A stretch of DNA of 63,572 nt, the filler included, from Stramenopiles sp. TOSAG23-2 (Eukaryota): assembly GCA_900128395.1 (NCBI GenBank). It is 6 parts of 6 records of this genome, joined end to end, with 100 filler letters (N's around TTAATTAATTAA, not from the genome) between each part and the next. Parts side by side here need not be neighbours in the genome. Positions count along the whole stretch, not along the records: positions 53,098 to 63,572 come from LT650014.1; 5 more parts are not named here. The stretch is one strand, 5' to 3'. How positions within the stretch are numbered: the first letter of the stretch is position 1; each line of letters begins with the position of its first letter. The position numbers and the translations under genes are program-made. Of this stretch, positions 55,494-63,572 are shown in pieces. The notes under the pieces were generated by a model, which saw only the letters and a program-made list of their open reading frames with translations, did not search any database and was not told the origin of the DNA.

Positions 55494-57375
55494 TCACATC
55501 ATACTACCTTGTTGTTGCATTTTTTTCTCTTCAATACCATTTCCATCATCATCCTCTGTGGATAAACAACCATTTAATATTGATAAATAACAATCGTTAT
55601 TTTTCGTTTCATCGATTGGATCCAATGTTATTGTTGTTATTTTTTTCTCTTCTTTTTTTTTTTCTACTACAATCATTTTATTTTTATTCGTTGGTACTTG
55701 TATTGGTGTAACTTTACTATTCTTCATCATATTATTCTTGCTTTTTAATTTATCACTACAATCAATCGTTAATTTTATCTCATCATCGTTATTATTATTA
55801 TTATTATGTATTGATGATATCGATTCCATTGTTTGTCTTATTGGCACTCTACCAAATCGAATTGATTCTGTATTACCATTTTGCATTCTATTTGTACTGG
55901 CATTTAATATTAATTTTGTTTTATCCGATGCAATTTTTGATTCTATAAATTAAAATAATAATATAATATATGTTAGTATTGTTGTTTTTATTTGTCATCG
56001 TTAATGTAAATATTATAGATATATATCGTTGTCTCTTACCTTCTTGGCTTTTCGCCATCTTCTCCTGTTCATCTTTACTTGTAATATTTATTATTGAATC
56101 ATGACCATGTTTTAATACTAATAATTTACTTGCATGGTTTTGTACTTTTAACATACGTTCATTTAATAATTTCTTTTGTTCATCACGCTTTTTCTTTTCA
56201 AAATCTTTCATTTTATTTGAAAATGCTTCAAATTTTTGTTGACGATATTTTCTCAATTCTAATAATGAACCTTGTTCCGATACACGTACACTATTTGCTT
56301 GGCTTTTTGAATTAATATAGATTTCATTTTGCATTACACGTGGATAATGCAAGGTAGATGGTGATTCATTGTTTATATGATCATCATCATCATCATCACC
56401 ATTATTATCATTTGTTATTTTCAATATATTAGTAAATGGGAATGTTATGGTACCGATTAATTGCATGACATCTTTATCAGTTGTTGTTTGTTTGTTTTCT
56501 TGATTTTTACTTGTCATTTTATATACAGTTGTTTTTATTCTACGTTTTGTTTTAATCACATTAAATTGTTTATCTAAATTAGTTTGTATCAATTCTTTCT
56601 TTTTATTTGATATGGTTGTATTATTAGATGGGTCCTTTGAAGTATTAATAGTGCTAGTAGAGGATGATTGTTCGTCATAATCATTATTATCTTCTTCGTT
56701 TTTGTTTGTTGTTGTTGTTGTTGTTGTTGTGGATGATGCTAATAATAATAAATTTGATATTTCATTTTGTTCTTTTGTTATATTGGTACCACGTGGTGTT
56801 GGTATACGTACTGGATGTGGTGAAATAGGATGATTATTTGATTTGTTTGTTTGATCAAGATTATTAATATTGATCGTAAGTTTTGGTTGTGGTAGTACGT
56901 TATTTTTATTTGTTGAACTTGTGTCTTCTTCTTCTTCTTCTTGTTTTTGTATCGTAACATCTTTGTCTAATACTATATTGATATCATGAATATCCTGCTT
57001 CATATCAACTTGTTTTTTTTCGATATTATGATTGTTTTGATTTTCATCACTTATATCATCTACATCCATTTTGTCATTGTCGTTGTTTAAGCGACTTTCT
57101 AAAGGATTGATAGTAGTGATAGAAATCGATTCTTCAGTTGTTAATGATGATTTATTGTTCGTTACTGTTGTTGATGATGATGTTTGTGTAACATTTTCAA
57201 ATATCATATTATCATCTGATTTTGTTCGTTTAGATGGTGGTAAAACAATGGTATTATTATTCATAGAGGAGGATGCTTCATCGTTATGATTTTCTATACT
57301 TCCATTCTCTTTTCTACTACGTTTTGATAATACGATGTTCCCATCTTCATTCGATGTTAATATGTAAGAAGACAT
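55494..57375 (-). CDS. Low-complexity hydrophilic hypothetical protein; intron 55943..56039
   Basis: GTAAGA donor, TACTAAC, TAG acceptor join ORFs 55921..57468 and 55494..55886 in frame; NLS-like PPSKRTK. Confidence 0.7.
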
Positions 57376-57845
57376 CGTAATACTACTAAATATCCCGTTA
57401 TAAAAATAAATATATGTACACCAAAAAAAGCCAAATTTCAAAAAAAAATGAGTAGTAGTAATTTTCAAAAAAAAATTATAAAAATGTTAAAATTATAAAT
57501 TTCTAATTTTCCAAAAAAAAATAAAAAAATATATAAAAGAATTCAAATTGAATGACGAGTATAAATATATCAACGGTTTTTTCACCAAGTTATTAACTGA
57601 TAATTATTATCTTTATATAAAGAATAATGAACCTACATACAATTTGCATTTCTTTGATTTGATTGTCGCGTGTCGACCTATTCCGACGTTACTTTTAAAC
57701 ATTTTGATTTATTTGAATTTTAGTATACATTAATTTATACTTAAAATAACACCTATTAAAAAGTTGTTGTGTATAAGTATACTATCATCCATACTTTAAA
57801 ATCATCCCAATGTTCCTATCCAATTTCAAAAAATGGGAAGTTAGT

Positions 57846-57987
57846 ATGGACATAGCAGGGACTACATTCTTATTTAGATGGACATAGCAGGGACTACATT
57901 CTTATTTACATGGACATAGCAGTGAGCTACATACGATTTACATGGACATAGCATGGAGCTACATTCGATTTACATGGACATAGCAGG
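57846..57987. repeat. 32-bp minisatellite, about 4.4 copies
   Basis: ATGGACATAGCA starts at 57846, 57878, 57910, 57942, 57974. Confidence 0.92.
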
Positions 57988-58313
57988 ATATATTGTGAGA
58001 CTGATTTTTTCTCAACGAATTCTCCATTCCCTGCTATATTCATGACCAATGGTACGACCATGCTAATTTATGGTTGAGATTTCGACACTTAAATTATTTT
58101 TTGATAGGTTGTTGTGGTAAGCCCCTGCTATTTTTGCCGGTCTATTTCCATGTTGGCATTTATTTTCTGAGCCAGAACAATAATATACACACATCTTCTA
58201 TGTGCCTATTTCGAATATCTATATAAATTTTACCTTTTAATTATTCATATATTTTATATATACAAACTCGACGGTTAAATCAACACGCAATAATAAACTA
58301 AAGTTAGCGCAGT

Positions 58314-60245
58314 ATGGACGCCTCAGAATCCCCCACCGACCCAAAAGAGGTCGAATTGACCGAGCATGAAGCCACGGCGGCAGAAATAACAGAAGCAAAC
58401 CAGTCGGTGGACGTAAAGATCACCTTTTGTACCCACGTCGGTTGGGACGGCGTGGTGGTGATTTTTTCTATGCTGATCGTAGCCGGTTTGTTTGGTTTTA
58501 TCACCTATCAGTACACCTCATATTTTAACAACTTTCATCGAGAGTTTGTCTGGTTGTTTATGGTGATGGGATTATTGTTTGTATTGGTAGTGCTTTACTA
58601 CCTGATACGTTGGAATCATATAGCCAACACCTTTATGGAAGAAGAGAGAAAAACGCAAGAAGAAACCGAAGAAACTGCCACCACGTTTTTTGAACGGGCG
58701 AAAGCCAACTACAACAGTTTTCAAATATTTGGCAAATACTATCTGTGGCAATTGTATGCCTCAGAGATGTATGAATCTATCATTCAAACGATAAATATCT
58801 TTACCGTGTATACTTGTTCGTTGCCAGTGGTTTGGACATCGGTGATGTGTATCGCTCTCAGTATCGACTGTTTTCACACGGTGAGTTTTATGGCGAGGGA
58901 AAACAATAGCAACCGGAGAGATAGGCAAATAAAAGTGGACACCCTCGTGGATTTTTTATGTACCGCTTTACCCATATTGCTCATGTGGTTTGGATACAAC
59001 GTCCCCATATCGGTTCAAGATATGATACAAATAGCCTTTTTTCCAGCATTTATGATGCTGATGAAATTGGATACCATCTTAGAAGAAATTATTCGTTCTC
59101 GTACCGCAGATGCTACTTTAGAAGCACAAGAAAAAACAGCCACGCGAGCTAGTAGACGGCGAAAGAGCCTCTATCGCGGTTTGAGTCATTTTGAAATAGC
59201 AGAACAACAACAAGCAGCTGTTCCGTACCCAGTACATATGGGAGCGGCTGTTTGTAAATTTCTTTTTGGGTTGATGTTTTTGTTGATAGCCATTGTACAA
59301 TTGGCCGTACAACACAACACTACATGCGAACCATTATTATGGAAAAGTTGTGTAGTCAAAACACCTTTTTGTGGTAATGCCTTTACCCCCACCTGTAATT
59401 GTGTCGTGTTGAATGTACGAAAACACAATTGGACGACATTGCCGAATGATATACAGGAGATGAATGCGTTAAAAGTGATGCAAATCAATCATGGGCCGTT
59501 GGAGGTGATTCCAAATGGGTTTGATAAGAGTTTCAGTAAAGTAAGTGTTTTAGATTTAAGTTATAATGAATTGACGGAGGTACCGGAAAGTTTAGGAAAC
59601 ATGGGGATTAATAAATTGATATTGGAAAATAATAAATTGAATGAATTACCGGACTCTGTTTGGGAAAACAATAACTTGTTTTTTATGGAATTAGATAATA
59701 ATAATATTTCTAAAATATCAACTTCTATTCAAAATGCTGTATCATTGTCACGTATTTACATCAGTAATAACAGTTTGATTGAACTGCCACCTGAAATATT
59801 CAAGCTGAGTATCGTTACCTTAATGGTAGATGGTAATAATATAGACCATATACCTGACAATATTGGTAGTATGAAATCTCTTACATATTTAAGATTAAAT
59901 AATAACAGGAACATTCCACGACTTCCTGCAACATTTGGTAACCTGATATCTATTTATTCTATTGATATAAGAAATAACAGTATAGAGTTTCTACCTGAGG
60001 AGTTGACAAAATTGAAAAAATTGAAATATATTTACCTCCATAATAATCCTATATGTAAGAACGGGTGGCTAGACGATACGTCAGAGGAAATGAAGAATCT
60101 TGTGGATGTTCCGGGAGCTGGTTGTGTAGAGCAATGCTCTCCTTACTGTCAAAATTCATATTTTACATTGAAAACATGTTTACCTGAATGTAATTTTATT
60201 GAGTGTAAATATCAGGACGGTGTGTGCATAGAATCTGGTAAATAA
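58314..60245 (+). CDS. Polytopic membrane protein with leucine-rich repeats and C-terminal LNR-like Cys module
   Basis: Several N-terminal TM helices; LxxLxLxxNxLxxLP repeats; CSPYC..CLPECNFIECKYQDGVC. Confidence 0.88.
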   Translation: MDASESPTDPKEVELTEHEATAAEITEANQSVDVKITFCTHVGWDGVVVIFSMLIVAGLFGFITYQYTSYFNNFHREFVWLFMVMGLLFVLVVLYYLIRWNHIANTFMEEERKTQEETEETATTFFERAKANYNSFQIFGKYYLWQLYASEMYESIIQTINIFTVYTCSLPVVWTSVMCIALSIDCFHTVSFMARENNSNRRDRQIKVDTLVDFLCTALPILLMWFGYNVPISVQDMIQIAFFPAFMMLMKLDTILEEIIRSRTADATLEAQEKTATRASRRRKSLYRGLSHFEIAEQQQAAVPYPVHMGAAVCKFLFGLMFLLIAIVQLAVQHNTTCEPLLWKSCVVKTPFCGNAFTPTCNCVVLNVRKHNWTTLPNDIQEMNALKVMQINHGPLEVIPNGFDKSFSKVSVLDLSYNELTEVPESLGNMGINKLILENNKLNELPDSVWENNNLFFMELDNNNISKISTSIQNAVSLSRIYISNNSLIELPPEIFKLSIVTLMVDGNNIDHIPDNIGSMKSLTYLRLNNNRNIPRLPATFGNLISIYSIDIRNNSIEFLPEELTKLKKLKYIYLHNNPICKNGWLDDTSEEMKNLVDVPGAGCVEQCSPYCQNSYFTLKTCLPECNFIECKYQDGVCIESGK

Positions 60246-60408
60246 ATGGTGTGTAAAAATATGTGAACGGCACTAGTTTTTGTAAGTTAGGTTAAAGTGT
60301 TTAACAAGATTTAAAAATGAATCTGCAATTAATTGAGATACTTAATATGATAGCTTATATATTAATAGTTAATGGACTAGATGTTTTTCTCTTCGTCAAT
60401 AAGTGCTC

Positions 60409-63129
60409 TCAACTACCCCCTCCATGAGCACCCAACAACCTCCTCCTCCTGTCTACCCTACCTTCATTCACATCACCATAAGCAAATGCTTCACCATCCT
60501 CTAATATCTCATAACCAACTGTACCATCTTGACGATATACATTTAATCCCACATTACCAGCCAAAAAGTGTTGCTCTTCACCACTTCCACCAACATGTTG
60601 AATGCATGTGCACAATGCCTTCGCTTCTGAGCATTTGAAACTAAATTTACCACTATCCTCAACTTGTACATCTTTTAATAATTCGCTGTTACATGTCCCT
60701 TTCGTTGTTTCCACGTAGGTGGTAAATTCTTTCCAATGGGCATTCCACCCTAATAACCGTCTCCTTCTATTATTTTTTTTACTTGCAACAACTTTTTTAA
60801 TAGCTTCCTTTAATTTTTCGCCTGCCTTACTATCTTTAGGTTGCACCGAATTTGGTTTCTGTAAAGAAGTATATTTTGTCCCTACTAACATTGGGTTCCC
60901 ATCTAATGCTAATTTAAATGTATTCCCAGTCACCGTCATTTCGTAGAACAATTGTTCTTTTGTCCAATGGTGGTCTAATGGCGTTGGTGCATCTGAACCA
61001 CATTGTTGACAGGAACCTAAATTTTTTGTTTTTTCACAACAATTATTCTTGTCTACGTAGATACCAAAATTAACAGTATTCCGTGGTAGATATTGCGGCA
61101 ATTTGTTGGTGCTGCTACATCCTTCTGTTTCGGTACGTAAATATCCATTTGCCGATGAATCTAATTTTGCCAACAACACCCATTCTTTTTTACCCCCCAC
61201 CTCCATATGTTGAAGTGAAACATCATTCCCGGTAAACATAGGGGCTTGTTCAAAACATTTATCTCCTACAGCAAAACGCGCATTTTCTGACAAAACCTTT
61301 ACAAATGTTTCATCACGACCAATATCTTTCCGTATGCGAAACATGGCAATATTCACCATTCTTTCATCTGTTACGTCGAATGGTTGAAACATGGAACAGA
61401 ACACTTTTTTCTTTTCACTTAATTCTTTTTCGCTGGAAAGTTTTAGACGGCAAATGTTATTATTGTTAGGCTTATTTGCTTTTTTTAACGCCTGTTTGTT
61501 TCCACGTAGTTTCCTCATAATTTGTAAGAACGACGATGATTGAGGAACAAGAATATTTTTAGCATCTTGCGCTTTAAACAACGCTTTAAACTTCTTATGA
61601 AATGAACTCATTAATTGAGCATATGGGTGAAACAATTGGCACATTTTAACTGCATCATTTACTGGTGACTGAAACACACGTGGACCACACAAATGGATTT
61701 TTTTAAATACATGGATGATTTCTTCTTTTAATGTATCTGTATCTTTTAATTCACCCAGAACTTTCAACATTCCCTTCAGAAGATAACCCCCATGCGGATG
61801 ATTTTTACCTTTCGCTCTCAACACATCTAAGATCTCGCCATACAGCGCATTTTTTGTGACTTTACCACCCTGTGCCAGTGCAAACGGTACTATCTTCTGT
61901 CTTTCAACTTTTGTCGAGTTGCAGGTATCACCAGTAGATGCACAACAAATATTTGGCCAAAACTCTTTCGCATTCCCTAAATTACGTTTTGATAAAATAA
62001 TGTCAAAATCTGTTCTAAAATTACAAAAGGCGCTCACTAATTCATCACGGTTGATAGTTAAACACGTTTTATCGTCTACTTCCTCGTGCAATGGTATAGC
62101 AGACATAATATGAACACGGCGGGTAGTTTCATGGTCTTCATCTTCATGTTTACATGCTATTTCACCATGTTTTTGATATTGGGCTGCGTGTTTTTCACGC
62201 ATCTCGTCGTAGTCTTTACGGACGTCATTTGTTGCTATCATACGTTGAAGTTTATTCACTTGCCCAGAATTAATTTCTTGTTCATAATTTTTTGATGCTG
62301 CAAATGATTTTGCTATTTGTTTTATTTGATTTTGGGTGTTCTCAAATAATTTGTCGATTTTTTTGTTTCTTTCGGCTTGTGTAGGGTCGTAACATCTAGT
62401 CGACCCCGCCTTTGAAACCATACCGCCGGGGCATGGTTTGCAGGTAACGGGATTTTTATCAGACACTTCACTAAACGTGTTTTTTGGGCACACGGTGCAC
62501 TTTTTAATGTGTGGTATCTCACCATTATTACCGGGAAGTTGTATATACGTCATATGAAATCCGTGGCCCTTTGGACATTTTTTACATGCGGACACTTCTG
62601 ATTGTCCACTATGACCCTCTGTTGACGGAGCATGAATTGGACAAGTCAAACATTTCTTCTTCCCCATCGCATAAGTATTTATGGGGCATTTGAAACACGC
62701 AGATTGGCATATACAGACATTTGTATTCGAGCACTTTCTATATGAAGAACGAATGGAGTTAAAATGCAAACCTCCGTTTTCGTGAAAAAAACAACCTTTA
62801 GGATTATCTTGACTTGAATATCCATCTAACCACGAGCTTGCTTGAAACCTGCTTGCTTGAAAACCTTTTGCCTCTTTCCCGAAAATACTATGTAGTTCTT
62901 CGATAGACTTTTCCGCCAAACCTTTACACTCCTCAGCACTTCTTATCGGAAATACACAGGCACCATCTTCCACAATATTTCCTTGCCAAACCTCATCCGC
63001 CTGACAATCTTTCGGACCTTTCGGTTCCTTTCGCAAGTCGTCCACGGCAGAGGTAGTATCAAAAGTCGATACCAACACGAAAATACACAGCAATATGAAA
63101 CAACTTCTTCTTTTTTTAAACAAACGCAT
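60409..63129 (-). CDS. Secreted Cys-rich protein with GCC2/GCC3 (ephrin-receptor-like) repeats and two RRRRLL motifs
   Basis: Signal peptide after first ATG (63129); CFKCPINTY, CKKCPKGH, CTVCPKNTFS, CKPCPGG; RRRRLLG twice. Confidence 0.8.
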   Translation of the reverse strand: MRLFKKRRSCFILLCIFVLVSTFDTTSAVDDLRKEPKGPKDCQADEVWQGNIVEDGACVFPIRSAEECKGLAEKSIEELHSIFGKEAKGFQASRFQASSWLDGYSSQDNPKGCFFHENGGLHFNSIRSSYRKCSNTNVCICQSACFKCPINTYAMGKKKCLTCPIHAPSTEGHSGQSEVSACKKCPKGHGFHMTYIQLPGNNGEIPHIKKCTVCPKNTFSEVSDKNPVTCKPCPGGMVSKAGSTRCYDPTQAERNKKIDKLFENTQNQIKQIAKSFAASKNYEQEINSGQVNKLQRMIATNDVRKDYDEMREKHAAQYQKHGEIACKHEDEDHETTRRVHIMSAIPLHEEVDDKTCLTINRDELVSAFCNFRTDFDIILSKRNLGNAKEFWPNICCASTGDTCNSTKVERQKIVPFALAQGGKVTKNALYGEILDVLRAKGKNHPHGGYLLKGMLKVLGELKDTDTLKEEIIHVFKKIHLCGPRVFQSPVNDAVKMCQLFHPYAQLMSSFHKKFKALFKAQDAKNILVPQSSSFLQIMRKLRGNKQALKKANKPNNNNICRLKLSSEKELSEKKKVFCSMFQPFDVTDERMVNIAMFRIRKDIGRDETFVKVLSENARFAVGDKCFEQAPMFTGNDVSLQHMEVGGKKEWVLLAKLDSSANGYLRTETEGCSSTNKLPQYLPRNTVNFGIYVDKNNCCEKTKNLGSCQQCGSDAPTPLDHHWTKEQLFYEMTVTGNTFKLALDGNPMLVGTKYTSLQKPNSVQPKDSKAGEKLKEAIKKVVASKKNNRRRRLLGWNAHWKEFTTYVETTKGTCNSELLKDVQVEDSGKFSFKCSEAKALCTCIQHVGGSGEEQHFLAGNVGLNVYRQDGTVGYEILEDGEAFAYGDVNEGRVDRRRRLLGAHGGGS

Positions 63130-63572
63130 ACTGAACAATTGTACTAGTCAAGATCGTAAAGATAGTCTTCGATCGTTCAATAAAAAAGAGTTATACAGAA
63201 CGCGGTGATATACTTTTAAAATATCCCTTTCGTGATAATTACAATACTTGAGTTCGCTTTTACGTATTGGCGATCAACAATTTCTAACCAGATAGTTGTT
63301 TTCTTCAACTTGTTGTGAATGGAATACACACAGTTCTGTAGAATATTATTGCAAATAATAAATCTATCCATTACATTTCCTCCACTTTTTTTATGTTTTC
63401 GACACCTCCTTTTATGCAATGGTACCTCCCTGATAAAAGACACCGAGATAGCATAGACACATCATTAAGCTTTTCGGCCGTTCCTTTATTTACCATATGT
63501 TAAATATACTACTGGGAGGAACAAGATATATATATATAATAAATATAAATATTATATATATATATTATACTT

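Noticed and set aside
57846-57987. CRISPR array
   Set aside because: Intervening sequences are near-identical rather than unique spacers; no cas genes; eukaryotic context
146-63443. Many short ORFs antisense to or overlapping long genes (e.g. 18958..19419, 26324..26737, 27822..28109)
   Set aside because: Shadow frames of real genes or low-complexity tracts; no independent coding signal

Overview
AT-rich eukaryotic DNA with spliceosomal GT..CTAAC..AG introns, standard code and poly-Asn/poly-Asp tracts. The gene content suggests a flagellated marine protist, possibly a stramenopile single-cell or metagenome assembly (inference). The window is not one locus: it is six unrelated ~10.5 kb contigs of non-increasing length (10561, 10546, 10534, 10481, 10475, 10475 nt) joined by 100-nt N..TTAATTAATTAA..N linkers, so no synteny can be inferred across linkers. 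Highlights: (1) an intronless 1388-aa multi-histone protein (degenerate H2B, F-box-like motif, then H2B-H2A-H4-H3, coiled coil, H1-like winged helix, second H3) lying between ordinary nuclear genes; (2) a divergent pair of paralogous putative membrane-tethered transcription factors (AP2-like, zipper, beta domain, acidic tract, polytopic membrane domain); (3) a glutaredoxin missed by the ORF track with in-frame TGA at the catalytic Cys (candidate selenoprotein, UPYA); (4) a GH31 with sulfoquinovosidase signatures; (5) a myristoylated ankyrin-WW-kinesin-14; (6) bacterial-type genes, one with introns. Several exact tandem duplications and an inverted chimeric contig start look like assembly or amplification artefacts. 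All domain calls were made by eye, not by database search.
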